Source: Octopus vulgaris (taxonomy: Eukaryota). Taken from it: a stretch of 64,000 nt of DNA. Location of the stretch: contig OX597818.1 of NCBI GenBank assembly GCA_951406725.2, positions 83,266,001-83,330,000 of the forward strand, read 5' to 3'. The notes beneath the pieces are model-generated. The model did no database searches, was not told the origin of the DNA, and was given only the letters and a program-made list of their open reading frames with translations. A program made the position numbers and the translations under genes. This document shows, piece after piece, positions 39,512-52,140 of this stretch; the stretch's first letter is position 1; each line of letters opens with the position of its first letter.

Positions 39512-40935
39512 TTACAGATTTATGCTTAAAATAGTGTCGTCTTTCATACTGACCATTTTTGCCACTTTTACCCACTTTTTATTAAAACATTCGTTCGATA
39601 AAGCCTCCTCTCTATTCTCATCCTCCCTTTCAAGTGGTACTTGAAAAAGTTGACGAGAGACTGACCAGAGAGGAAGGTGTTTGTTTGCAGTCCTTTCAAA
39701 CGTGTCCATCACACATTCTTTCGCCATAGCCATCAGCGTAACGAAAACCGTTTTCCCTTCCCGTTTAAAGGAAGGTGGTGGAACAATACTCAGGATAGAC
39801 TCGGCAGATAGGCGAGCCCGACCTACACGTGACAACAGCTGTTCGACGAAGGACCACAGCTCTGAAATACCTGGACACTGCACGAGTGCGTGCAGAACGG
39901 TTTCATCGCTCTGACCGCATCTCGGGCAGGTCGGTCCGGTGATGGTTTTCGAACCGTGTCTATAGCTCTTCTCTCGAACAGGTAGTGCGTCTCGATAGCA
40001 CTGCCAAGCCAGGGATTTCTGGAAGTTATCCATAGGCCCCGGCCCGAACGTCGTCCTGAACAGGCGGGTTAGGAATTTCTCGTCGACGCCCAGGTTTGCC
40101 CCGAGTGTGTCGTCGGACCTCCCCTCCACTAGTCCTCTATAGAACGCTTTAGTCGTTTGTAAGTTGCACAAGTTTGACCCCGGTCGGCAGAGCTGCTGTA
40201 GAGCTTGGCGACACTCATGGTGCCAATCGGCCAGTTTCGGTCTCTTTTTGATCCACGTTTGCAGTTCGGTCAGTGAGACGAGCTGCGGGAAGTCGCGCCT
40301 CACAAACGGCGTCCACACCTGTTCACCGTCGTTGACGAAGTTCCAGAGATGTCGCAGTCTCAGCGCATGTCTGCGCATCATCAACCACGGCATGCCCAGT
40401 CCTCCATTCAACGGATGTTGACAGCAAATTGACTTCCTCACCATCGGAACGCCACCCTTCCACAGGAAGCGGAAGAGTATGCGTTCCAGTTTGGTGATGG
40501 TAGGGTCGGGACAAGGTACGACGGTCAGGCGGTAATCGATGACGGATGCGATGTACGCGTTCGCCACCTCCGCCCGACCTTTTTGAGACAGCTTTCTCTC
40601 GGCCCATGTTTGGCTGAGAGCGACCACTCTACTCGTGATCTCGTCCCAGTTCTTATCCATTTGGAGGTCCGGACTGAACCAGACCCCGAGCAATTTAACC
40701 GGTCCGTCCGTCCAGCGTCCCACTACTGAGCCGCAGTCGGACGGCATGGGCTTGCTTCTCCAGGTGCCGAGTAGGAAACCCACTGACTTTTCCGGGTTAA
40801 TCTTTGCTCCCGTCACCGCTTCGTATTTTCTTAGTGTCTCGCCTATCATCTGGATGTGTTTGTCGCTCGACACTATGACGGTAACATCGTCCGCATATGC
40901 CGACACGCTCGTCCCGCAACCCAGTTCCCGTGGAT
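39512..40935 (-). pseudogene. Tx1 ORF2 C-terminal part (RT YADD, thumb, CCHC finger), frameshifted
   Basis: SAYADDVT, GAKINPEKS, GGLGMP and CPRCGQSDETVLHALVQC; an apparent second frameshift near 39705. Confidence 0.9.
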
Positions 40936-42948
40936 GCCCCTCAGTGTCGCCAGCTTCCGCAGTAGCGGCTCGAGAGTCAATACATACAGAAGCGCCGACA
41001 GGGGACACCCCTGACGGACCGAACGCGTGATGTCAAACGGTTTCGACAGGTGACCGTTCACCCGAATCACCGATCGGATGCCGCTATACAAGGCAGCGAT
41101 CCAACCGCGGAAGATGGGACCGAAGCCAGCCGCCCTGAGGACGGCCGCTAAGGACCGATGGTCGACCCTATCGAAGGCTTTAGACTGATCCAAATTTATC
41201 AGCGCCCCACCCATGCCAGGATCCTTAACTACCCTGTCCACAATGTAGCGCATCAGATGGAGGTTGTCATGTATGGTTCTGCCCGGCACGGCGCATGTTT
41301 GCGCCTTGTCAACTAGTTTCTTGATGATAAGCGCCAACCTCTCGGCTAGCACCTTGGCCAAAATTTTCAAATCTGCGTTGAGCAGAGTGATGGGCCTGAA
41401 ATTATCTATGACGTCCCCCTTGTTTGGGTCTTTCTTAATCAGTGCCACTGCTCCTCGCTTTACAAAAGCAGGGATACTCCCGTTTTGCTGTAAGTTGCAG
41501 TAGACAGCTGCCAAGACGCCTCCAAACAAGTCTGGCATATGACAATAAAGTTCGTAGGGCAGACCATCCAAGCCTGGTGACTTGTCTCTCGCGCAGCCCT
41601 CCATTGCATCCTGTACGTCCGCAGCTGTGATAGGCCTTTCACAAGACTCCACCTCTCTTGCTGAGAGTCGTGGAAAGGTATGCAGGTAGGCACTAAAGTC
41701 TACTCTGCGTTCTGACCCACCGCTTGTCCCAAACAGTTGGGTGAAGTGTTGTTGAAAAGCCCCACACATCCTTTTAGGCTCGAGCAATTCGCGCCCCTGT
41801 TCATCTGTAAGAGACTTGGTGGTGGCTCTGTTGCCTCGTTGCGTCTCCACCACTCGGGCCTCTTGGGCGGCTCCAACTCCTTCGTTATTCAGAGCACGCA
41901 TCCTAGCTCTGACAACGCATCCTTCGTGTTTGGCGCTGAGGTGTTGGTCGAGGGCCAATCTCGCTGCCAGTACGTTGGACGCGATGCCAGTTCTAAGTGC
42001 CTCTTCTAAAACCTTAACTAAGTCTCCCTCTATTCTATTTCGGTCTAATGCTAGGGCTTTACTGTATCTGACTGATTCTGCTTTAATTGCTTTTTTTAGG
42101 GCATACCACCATCTGTTGTTGATGATGGTACCCGTCAAAGCTCTCTTAACTAATGTGCTGATCCGGTCCCTGTAAACCTGTCGTGCTGTAAAAGACGCGT
42201 TCAGTTTCCAGTAACCAGGACCCTGCCTATGTGTCTTATCTAAGTCAAGTGTACAAGTCACAAACTTGTGAACTGTGTAACTGACTATATGAAATTGTGG
42301 ACAACCTACACTATTTTTATCTATTGTCCTACAGAATACTCTATCTAAGTATGATCTGGACGACCCGATACGGTTCCTCCATGTCCACATTGGCACATTC
42401 GGGTGGTCCAGTCGGTACCTGTCAGACAGTTGGAAACGTCTGAGCAGGTCTTTGAGGCATTTGCATCCCCTTCTATTGCTATCTCTGCCCACGTAGTCTA
42501 GATGCGTGTCCAGGGTGGCATTCCAATCCCCCACTAAAAGTAAAGAACGAGACGTTCCCATGAAAGACTCTAGACGTCGAAAGAAATCTGGTCGGCCTGT
42601 TAAGGACGGTGCATAAACTGTTATCAGTCGAAAAGCACACTCATTGCTGCCATCGACATCCAAAACGACCAGCCTACCCTCCGGGTCTAGGAAAATTGCT
42701 CTTACTTTGAGATCCAGACTCTTCCGGAGAAGCACTGCGGTGCCACCTCCGCCCATTCTCGGTAGACACGGAGAAAAATAAATGTTGAAATGTGTGCCGA
42801 ACATGTGCTGGAGTGCCCACGAGCTGTGGAGTTTGGTCTCACCGATGGCTATGATATGAAGATTTAGTGACTTGATATCATTTAACAGGTAGCCTTGTTT
42901 CCAAGGCGACCCCAAGCCACGTACATTTATACTGCCTATTTTGAGCAT
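40873..42948 (-). CDS. Tx1 ORF2 N-terminal part: AP-like endonuclease plus most of the RT (frameshift near 40930)
   Basis: MLKIGSINVRGL, VYAP, GDWN, SYLDR, YWKLN, KSPGLDGLP, FRPITLLNADLK, LDQSKAFDRV, RQGCPLS. Confidence 0.92.
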   Translation of the reverse strand: MLKIGSINVRGLGSPWKQGYLLNDIKSLNLHIIAIGETKLHSSWALQHMFGTHFNIYFSPCLPRMGGGGTAVLLRKSLDLKVRAIFLDPEGRLVVLDVDGSNECAFRLITVYAPSLTGRPDFFRRLESFMGTSRSLLLVGDWNATLDTHLDYVGRDSNRRGCKCLKDLLRRFQLSDRYRLDHPNVPMWTWRNRIGSSRSYLDRVFCRTIDKNSVGCPQFHIVSYTVHKFVTCTLDLDKTHRQGPGYWKLNASFTARQVYRDRISTLVKRALTGTIINNRWWYALKKAIKAESVRYSKALALDRNRIEGDLVKVLEEALRTGIASNVLAARLALDQHLSAKHEGCVVRARMRALNNEGVGAAQEARVVETQRGNRATTKSLTDEQGRELLEPKRMCGAFQQHFTQLFGTSGGSERRVDFSAYLHTFPRLSAREVESCERPITAADVQDAMEGCARDKSPGLDGLPYELYCHMPDLFGGVLAAVYCNLQQNGSIPAFVKRGAVALIKKDPNKGDVIDNFRPITLLNADLKILAKVLAERLALIIKKLVDKAQTCAVPGRTIHDNLHLMRYIVDRVVKDPGMGGALINLDQSKAFDRVDHRSLAAVLRAAGFGPIFRGWIAALYSGIRSVIRVNGHLSKPFDITRSVRQGCPLSALLYVLTLEPLLRKLATLRGIHGNWVAGRACRHMRTMLPS

Positions 42949-43015
42949 GTTCCTATAAAAAATTGTTTTACACACGAAAAGAAAGTGCAAAAAAAGAAAA
43001 GAGAGAGAGAAAAGG

Positions 43016-45260
43016 TTACTTGTTGTCCGAAAGTCCTTTGTTTTTCACCTCACAGTCTTCTCCCATGAGGTTTTTATACAGTTTCTTTGATAAATATTTT
43101 TGAAATCTCCCTACTGCATCAGGGTAGAGAGATTTCAGGGTGCTGTGTGTATTCTGTGTTACATGTATTATTTTAATGTGTTGTGGTGGTGTTGTGCGTG
43201 GGTGGTTATTTGTTTTTATGTCATTTTCAGTTATGTTGGTGTTTGACCTAATGTATTCCATTAGGTTGTGGTTGTTTGTGTTCATGGCTATCAACATTGT
43301 TGGGGGGTTTGATGATGGTGTGTTTGTGTTGATGTGTTCGTTTTCTGTGGATGTTTTTGTTTCGGGAGTGGTGAATCTTCCTGCTTTGTTATCTTTTCTA
43401 TTCTTTTTTTCCCTCTTTTTCTCCTCCCCTCTGTGGCTATTTGCCAATCTTCCGTGTCTTCTTCATCTAATGACAAGTCAGAGGAATCAGAGAGTGGGAG
43501 GGGAAAAGTATTGGGGTCTATTTTAGACTGTGTTGATTTTGTTGTTGGTGTTGGTTGGTGAGCGTTAGGTTGTGGTGCATGGGGTTTTGGAGGTGGGGTG
43601 TGGGTATTTTGTGTTTGAGGGATTGTAGGTATTGTTGTGTTTTTTGGGGTGTCAGTTTTGTGGGGATTTGGAGTGGTAATTGTTTCTTCATTTTCGATGC
43701 TTGTCTTTTTGGTAGATATTCTTGGTTTGGGAGTTGGTTTATTCTTGATTGTTGTTGTTGGTGATCTTTCTGTTCTTGGTGCAGTTGGTGGTGTTGTTTG
43801 GTTGGATGGGTAGGTTTGTTTTTTGTTGATTTTCTGTGATTAGTCCTGTTAGTGCAAACTGTGGTGTTGGTAGTAAAGCTGGCTTTTTTGTTTTTTTCCG
43901 GCAGCTGTTGTTGTTGCTGTTGTTTTCTTGCAGCAGATTTGCAATCTTTTTTTAGACGTTGCTCACTGCCGCATATGTAGCAACGTGGTCTTCTGCTATC
44001 GACGCCCACATACAACATGTGGTTTTCTGATACACATATCTGGGTGGGTATTTTCTTGATAACATCTTGGTTGATGTGTAGTAGAAATTCTACTCTTTTT
44101 CGCACCCAGTTTTTGTGTTCCGTGACCGTAGTTTGTAAAATTGTGAAATCTTCCATTTCCACACATATGGCCGTTGCTAGCCATAGATTATTCGCTATTT
44201 TTGGAACATTGTTTAAAGTGATCTTAGTCACTTTCTGTCCACGATAGCTTGGTACTAATGTGAGTTCATCTGAATGAGGAGTTAGCGTTGAGAAACGTTT
44301 TGCTAACTCTTCAGTGTGGAAAACCACTTGTATATGCGCGAACTTGTTCCACCAGGTCACATACTCTTTGAAATTCCAGATGGGTTTCAAGCATTTTTCG
44401 ATTTAGCTTGTGTTAGCCTTCTCTGGAATTTTGTTTTCTTATTAATTATTTTATATATAATAGTTCTTTTTTTTTCATTTTCTAATATTTGTTGTGGTAT
44501 GTTTATTTTTACCATGCCATCTTCTTTTGTTATTAAAACTTTGGTATCTTTTATCTGCTGTGCACTAATAGATACTGTTGTCTTTTTCTTTTATCACATC
44601 GGCGAAATTTGTTGTTGTTTTGTTATTGTTGTTGCTGGTGGTGATGTTGTTGTTGGCTGCAGTTGGTAAAGTCGGTGAATTTGGTTTGATTGTGCAAGTA
44701 GGAAGGGGTGGAAAAATACTTGCATAGTTTGTCCCTGCGTTTGAGCAGCTTTCGTCAATTTGTTTGGTGGTCACAGTCTTTTGTTTATCTCCTTCAGTTC
44801 TTGGTGTTGGAGGAAACAAGGTCTGAACGGAATTGTTGTTGTTGTTATTGTTGTTTTTGTTGTTGGTGTTGGCGGTGGTGTCAGTGGCAGAAGAGACAGC
44901 CGTGGCAGCAGATATCGAAATGGTGGGGCAATTGTTGTTATTCTTCTTGTCATTGTTATTGTTGTTGTTGTTGGTAGTTGAAGTAGTGGATGTGGTGGTG
45001 GTGGTGGTGGTGGTGGTGGTGGTGGTGGAGGCGGTGGTGGTAGCAGTAGTAGTCTCGTTGTTGTTGTTGTTAGTGGTGGTGGTGGTGACATGACTGTTAC
45101 CGCAAGTGGTTGCAGCGTTCACCACCACGTCACTCAGGTTTGTCTTTGTCGAATGTGTGTGCGGGCATAAGTTCTTTTTTTCTCCTAGCGTTTCAAGTCT
45201 AGGAAAATGCTGGACCATAAAGGAACGCGACCAGCGTTCTACAATAACATTTCTCGACAT
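43016..45260 (-). pseudogene. Tx1 ORF1 (gag-like), broken across three ORFs, with low-complexity T/N/Q tracts
   Basis: ORFs 44565-45260, 43518-44390 (CYICGSEQRLKKDC, a degenerate CX2CX4HX4C knuckle) and 43016-43447 lie immediately upstream of ORF2. Confidence 0.75.
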
Positions 45261-45459
45261 TTTTTAATGTCGAGAAGAAAAATACGCAAATTAAATAGGG
45301 TTGAAACTGCCCCTAGGGGCGAATTCCTCCCTTGGAAAAGCACTCAAACGAAAGTTGGGTGCCTTACACACCTTATTTACAAAAATGTACACAAAATATG
45401 GGCTATAAATAGTCAAAATAAACGATTACCTTCGGAGCCGAGGCGACAACACGTCAGTC

Positions 45460-45747
<288 letters not shown>

Positions 45748-46344
45748 AAACTGATCGTTTTATAGAAGTTTTTATTATTAATAATTTCAAATCCAGACAT
45801 TCAATATTGATTACTATGTCGAAACGCGGGATGTACCAGGATAAATTTGAGCTTCAATGGAATGCTTGTTTTAAATGAAATCTTTACACCAAATTAAATA
45901 GCTTTAATAATTGGTTTTGAAGAATCATTTTCCAACTTGTATAGTAGTTTATGAGCAAATAAAGTTATCTCGTTTCTCATATGTCTCGAGTTTGTCTGAA
46001 ACATTTTATAAACATGAATGGTGCTCCAGCATGACCACATGGCTGAAACGAGTAAAGGAGTAAAAGAGCAAATTAGAAAAGATGTATTGCATCTTTGGCA
46101 AAACTCAGATATATTGTTTTTTGGTTTCTTTTCACCGCCTGCCTATATTTAATCACAGTTTAGCATATAGTGTTGGAGATAATTGCAATGATTTTTAATT
46201 AGATGGATGGACAGGAATACATATTACTTATTATGAGATTTACATATAAAGTTTATGTTAATGTTAGTGTGTTTGTTAATAAGAAGGTGTAACTGAAAAG
46301 CAATTAGCTGTGATAAAGTTCTTGGCGATTTATATGTATTATAC

Positions 46345-46480
46345 CAGGCCGCAAGCTGGGAGAATCGTTAGCACACCGGGTACAATGCTTAGCGACACTT
46401 CGTCTGTTCTGAATTCAAATTCTAGTCGTGGTCGACTTTGCTTTCGTCCAACTGGAATCGATAAAGTAAGTGCCAGTTCG
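46345..46480 (+). mobile_element. Family-B SINE fragment
   Basis: gctgggagaatcgttagcacaccgg...gtcgactttgctttcgtcc. Confidence 0.7.
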
Positions 46481-46689
46481 CTGAAGAGGCCACTGCATAA
46501 GTGACGAAAGAACTTTGACAAAGAAAATAAAAATAATTGTAATAAAACTAAAATGAAGATCAAATGAATAGTGCGAGTGGTTAATTGGCAAATGATGATG
46601 ACTCCCAAGTATAATATTTATTTCAACACACGGTTTCACATCAAGAATCTTGCAGCGCAATTGTATAAATGTAATATCTTACATCAGTT

Positions 46690-46990
46690 ACTTGTTAATT
46701 TCTTGGATTGCAGTCATGCTGGAGCACCGACTTAAGGGATCTTGTCGAACAAATATTCCTCAGGTGCGGTACTTATACAAGCAGACTCTTTACGAGAACT
46801 GAAATTTACCGGGACGTAAGCGGACTTACACCAGTTGTCAAACAATAGTGTGGTTAAACACAAAGACACATACACACAGATACTCACATACGCATGCACA
46901 AAATACGATTATATACATGGCAGACTTCTACACAGCTTTCGTCTACCAAATTCACTCACACAGCATTAGTTGCTTCTCGGCTACAGTAAA
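46690..46990 (-). mobile_element. Decayed family-A SINE
   Basis: gcagtcatgctggagcaccg, ttcgtctaccaaattcactcac. Confidence 0.65.
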
Positions 46991-47415
46991 TCAACCCAAA
47001 GCACGTAATTTGCTTTGCTTTGCTTTGTCTTAATATATCCAAACTTTGCTGTGCTTTGCTTTGTCTTAATGTATCGAAACCAATCTATGTATGTCACAAA
47101 ATATTTATTCGCTTAAACATTGTGTCATGTATACCTAGGATACGTAGAATATCTCTGTTATTCCTGCCGCGGGACTCATTATTGCCGATGAATGACCTTC
47201 ACATGACTGAGTTTTCGTTCCAGACAAAAAAGTAGCGTTATTCAATCGCGCATAATATACCTCCTACGAGCTGAAATAGACGTGTCCGTTGTGCTCACAA
47301 ATCTTTAGCCATCTAATGTTGAGTTAAACTTAAAATTTTATATTTATAGGAATTTTTTGCGTAATAAGATAAATATCCAAGGCTGTGTAGATATTAGAGC
47401 ATTTATAGATAGAAA

Positions 47416-47459
47416 GTCTTACCGCTGATTTTAGGATATTAAATCCCTTCATCGGAGAC
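47416..47459 (-). ncRNA. Degenerate type I hammerhead motif
   Basis: GUCU-CCGAUGA-AGGGAU(UUAAU)AUCCU-AAAA-UCAGCGG-UA-AGAC. Stems I and II are retained, with core substitutions U4->C and G12->A. Confidence 0.45.
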
Positions 47460-47840
47460 GATGCGGTATGAGAGTATAGTTACGTCATAGTTAGCTTAGA
47501 TGTGATACAAAATGAAGAGTGAGGTGGAGGAAATAAATGCAAGATATGTATGGGTATTGAAGTTGTAAGTCCATTTCTTAGGCATAATGGTATATATGCA
47601 AAATTCCAATATCCTATGAGTGAAGTCCAAAAGTCCAACAGAGTTTAAAATGAGTCCTTCCAAATATAGAGTTTATAAGCAATGTAAGATTCCCTTATGA
47701 GTGAGAATCAGCAGATTTTTAAACTTGGTCATTCCCAGCAGAGAGTTTATATACAGTGTTGCAGAGTCAAAGGTTTTTATTTAAATAATATATATGTCTG
47801 TATGTGTATATATACATATATATACATACACATACACACG

Positions 47841-47909
<69 letters not shown>

Positions 47910-47933
47910 TATATATATATATATATATATATA

Positions 47934-48355
47934 GGCGCAGGCGTGGCTGTGTGGTAGGAAGCTTGCTTTCAGGCACATGGTTCCGGGTTCAGTCCAACTG
48001 TATGTTGCCTTGGGTAAATGTTTTATACTATAGCCCCAGGCTCGACCAACGCCTGGTGAAGCGATTTGGTAGACGGAAATTGAAAGCAGCCTGTCGTATG
48101 ATTGTATATATATATATGTGTGTATGTGTGAGTGTTTGTGTTCTTGTGTCGATGCTTGCCTCGCATCAGCACTGCCGTTTGACAACTGGTACTGTTAGGT
48201 TTAAGTCCCTGTAACTTAGCGGTTCGACATAAAAGACAGTTAGAATAAGTCCTAGGCCTCAAACAATAAGTATTGTGGTTGATACACCAGGATGGCTAGA
48301 GGATAGCTGCAGGATGCCCCAGGATCACTGCAGTCACGTGATTGACAAAAGTAGA

Positions 48356-48358
<3 letters not shown>
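47934..48358 (+). mobile_element. Full-length family-A SINE
   Basis: Head ggcgcaggcgtggctgtgtggtagg (A box), ggttcagtcc (B box), internal TA/TG tract, decayed tail. Confidence 0.85.
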
Positions 48359-48416
<58 letters not shown>

Positions 48417-48719
48417 GAGCCACTAAGTTACAGGGACTTACGGGTGTCGGAGCGGAAACTCGGAGTTTTATTATGGTAACCGAATAATTGTCACATAGTA
48501 TATTAGAGATAAATTCCTCTATTTACATAATATCGAGGACACTTTCATTCTTTTGTTGTCTTAACATTACTATTCATATAAATATATATACACATATATA
48601 TATACACATAAGTACATGCATAAATACAGCGCCACATATCCACATTTATGTGCCTAATAGAAGTTTTAAGATGTAGAGTCTGATATCAATCTGTCTATCT
48701 GTCTGTCTGTCTCTCTCAC

Positions 48720-48794
<75 letters not shown>

Positions 48795-49922
48795 GTATGT
48801 ATCTATCAGCTGCCTGAATATCTATTCATTCATCTCTGCTTTTCAGTCTCCCATACTATGCACTTTAACGCGCGCGCGCAACACACATACACACACCCTC
48901 TTCCTTCTCACTCACTTACTCTCACTCTATCTCTATCTCTCTCTCTCTCACACACGCACAGAGACATTCACACACACTTATTCGTGTCAGTCTGCGAGTT
49001 CTCCTGCAATACTTTGGTCTGAAAACGAATTTGATAGATATTCCGCCAATTTCCATCAAAAGGAATTGTATATTACACAATACCGTTATCAAAGATGTTA
49101 AGCAATTCAGCATTGCTAAAAATAAACAAAAATCTAATAAAATTAGACGTCGAATCGGATTAAATGTCTATTAGGTAACTCTACAGAGTGAGTAACAATC
49201 CTTTGTTTTAGAAGTCACCACAGCAGTGAATTAACTCATGAATGACAAACTTTCAAGTGAAAGAGGAGTGTGCAGATCTAATTAATGGCCAAATAATCGT
49301 TGTAAAATTAGTATCATTGAACTGAGTTAGACACATACACACACACACACATTCATACACGCAGGTACAAAAATACGCACAGGCATATATGTGTGTGTGT
49401 TTATAGATATGTAGACATTTATGTGTGTAGAGGCACATGGCTTAGTGGTTAGCGTGTTATGGACTCATGTTCGTATGATTGTGGATTCGATTCCTCGATC
49501 AGGTAACACATTTTGTTCTTGAGCAAAAGTTTTTTATTTCGTGTAGCTCCGGTCGACTGCACTGACAAACATCAGTTCAGACTACGACGAAGAGGCGTTC
49601 CGTCCTGCGGGAAATTTTGCTCCAAGGAAACGGGAAAACCGGCCCCAGATGCCTATATGACTCGGCAAGGTTCTTTATACTTTTATCCTATATACATATA
49701 TATATACATGCGTATATATATCTTATATACATATATATATATATATACATGCGTATAATAATACATATATATATACATGCGTATACTAAGTGGATATCCA
49801 ATATGTTAGAAAAAGATCATCTACGATCTAACTACAAAGAAATAAATGTTCTCTAGAGAAATTCAGCAAACACGAGAACAACAGCGGGTAAGACAGATGA
49901 AAATATACAAAATACAGAATTA

Positions 49923-49992
49923 ATCCTAGACCGGTTTCGCCATCAACGATATTTACTCACGTAATTCTCGTCCGTGGACTCTTCAATAAGAT
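49923..49992 (-). ncRNA. Type I hammerhead motif (C3->U), related to 6330-6402
   Basis: AUCUUA-UUGAAGA-GUCCA...UGGC-GAAA-CCGG-UC-UAGGAU, with a 6-bp stem I and palindromic ACCGGU stem III. Confidence 0.65.
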
Positions 49993-50095
49993 CGTTCCAA
50001 TTAAATATAATTTATAGAACTGTACACGAGTTGTCCTCATAAAACTAGACGTGTGTATAGTTTAAATTTTAAGTATAAAAATTCATAAATTTCAT

Positions 50096-50141
<46 letters not shown>

Positions 50142-50344
50142 GTATATATATGTACATTTATACTATATATATATATATGTACGAGCTGTACAAGAGTCTC
50201 CAAATAATTAGCTCGAAAATAATATAGAGGAGACTGAGGTTAGCTGAACAAGTATCACCGTTAATCAGAGTTGATTATTCCCTCAGAGCTCCTGTCGGAA
50301 TCCCTACACGTACACACTAGAAGAGGGAGACCGAGGATGACATA

Positions 50345-50530
50345 TTATTTTAGTCAGTCATTTGATTGCGACCATGCTGGAGCGGCGCCCTTAGTCGAGC
50401 ACATCGACCACTTGACTTATTCGTTGTAATCCTAGTATTTATTCTATCGGTTTTCTTTCGCCGAACCGCGAAGTTACGGGGACGTAAACAGACCAGCATC
50501 GGTTGTCAAGCGATGGTGGGGGGACAAGCA
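50345..50530 (-). mobile_element. Family-A SINE, 3' half
   Basis: cagtcatttgattgcgaccatgctggagcggcgcc...cagcatcggttgtcaagc. Confidence 0.8.
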
Positions 50531-50558
50531 CATATTTATATATATATATGTATATGTA

Positions 50559-50596
<38 letters not shown>

Positions 50597-50654
50597 CATA
50601 CATACATATACATACATATATATATGTATATATGTATATATGCATATATATACA

Positions 50655-50688
<34 letters not shown>

Positions 50689-50750
50689 CATACATATATG
50701 TATATATATATTTATATATATACATATATATATGTATATATATTTATATA

Positions 50751-50782
<32 letters not shown>

Positions 50783-50794
50783 ACATACATATAA

Positions 50795-50932
50795 GTGGGT
50801 TGACCACTAAGTGGACATCCATTATACTAGAAGTAGACCGCCAAATTTTCTTGAGAACAATCCTTTTTTAGTGGTAAGACCATAGGGGGTCTACTTCTTG
50901 CATAATTGATGTCCACCTACTGGTCATCCCTC
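50795..50932. repeat. 45-bp imperfect inverted repeat with a 48-bp spacer, within (TA)n
   Basis: 50795-50839 matches the reverse complement of 50888-50932. Confidence 0.8.
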
Positions 50933-51057
50933 TGATATATATGTAATATAATTTTTCTGAATCTTCAGATTTTTGAATATGCTAAACCACTGGTTTTAAA
51001 TTGATATTAATCAAATTAATATTCAATTCTTCAACCTTTTTATTTTATATTTCTATA

Positions 51058-51196
<139 letters not shown>

Positions 51197-51197
51197 G

Positions 51198-51347
<150 letters not shown>

Positions 51348-51475
51348 GTAAAGAGTGAAAAAACGACAGAAGGCTTAAATGTTAAAAAATATATATATTT
51401 GCGTCAATATGTCTGAAGAATATTACAAAATGTTTTAAACAAATATTTTTTTCCTTTATAATGACATAATTTTTA

Positions 51476-51514
51476 AAGAAAGACCGGTTTCGCAATTAGC
51501 TTTTCAAATTTCTT
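51476..51514 (-). ncRNA. Hammerhead-like motif, variant core
   Basis: AAGAAA-UUUGAAAA-GC(UAAUU)GC-GAAA-CCGG-UC-UUUCUU, with a perfect 6-bp stem I. Confidence 0.5.
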
Positions 51515-51830
51515 GTGACGTTATGTTTATGTTTAATAGAGTTATCCATGTGTTTAAGCTGCGGAGAGTTCTAAATAAGGGAAGGTAGTGGGTGATTTCT
51601 TCCGGTGTAAGGGAGATAATCGCTTAAAAATTTTTTTCCTTTCCCTTAATGTAAATTTCTCTGTATCAGTATGTTCGGATGGTTGAGTCTGGGCTTGTAC
51701 TTTTCAATGAAGAATGTTTCCTTGTTTAGTCTAATTTGTTTTGATGATCCGAAAGCACATTGGTAAAATGGAAAGATTAAGAATTGTGGTAGTAGTTGCT
51801 TTGCGCATTGAGAAATGCGGAAAGCAACTA
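51476..51830 (-). mobile_element. PLE 3'-terminal fragment (same family as 15440-16450)
   Basis: [18 protein letters not shown]...RLNKETFFIEKYKPRLN aligns with ECTERLRPQFEIFPFCQL...RLNKEASFIQKYKP at about 16070-16200. Confidence 0.75.
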
Positions 51831-51902
51831 CTTCTGTCGTTTTTTCACTCTTTACTATTTTTTATATATTCACCCACGTGCTTTCACAAACCAACTTTCT
51901 TA

Positions 51903-52004
<102 letters not shown>

Positions 52005-52031
52005 TATATACATATACATACATACATACAT

Positions 52032-52092
<61 letters not shown>

Positions 52093-52095
<3 letters not shown>

Positions 52096-52140
52096 TAATC
52101 CCTCGCCATATCGCGGTTTACCTATCACGGTTTATTAACC
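52093..52140 (+). mobile_element. Tigger/pogo-like terminal inverted repeat remnant
   Basis: TA-cagtaatccctcgccatatcgcggtt is typical of a TcMar-Tigger end; I found no partner end. Confidence 0.45.

Larger units (their letters stand above)
39288..45459 (-). mobile_element. Near full-length Tx1-type (L1 clade) non-LTR retrotransposon inserted in (GATA)n
   Basis: ORF1 with a zinc knuckle, ORF2 with APE-RT-CCHC, and a 3' UTR ending in a stem-loop plus AATAAA; both ends join (GATA)n. Confidence 0.93.

Noticed and set aside
45280-45459. HDV-like ribozyme at the Tx1 5' end
   Set aside because: I could not build the nested double pseudoknot by eye; a descriptor search would be needed.
47934-48010. 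Functional tRNA genes (also at 49430, 52330 and 21317)
   Set aside because: A/B boxes are present, but I could not fold a complete cloverleaf; the clear cases continue into SINE bodies.
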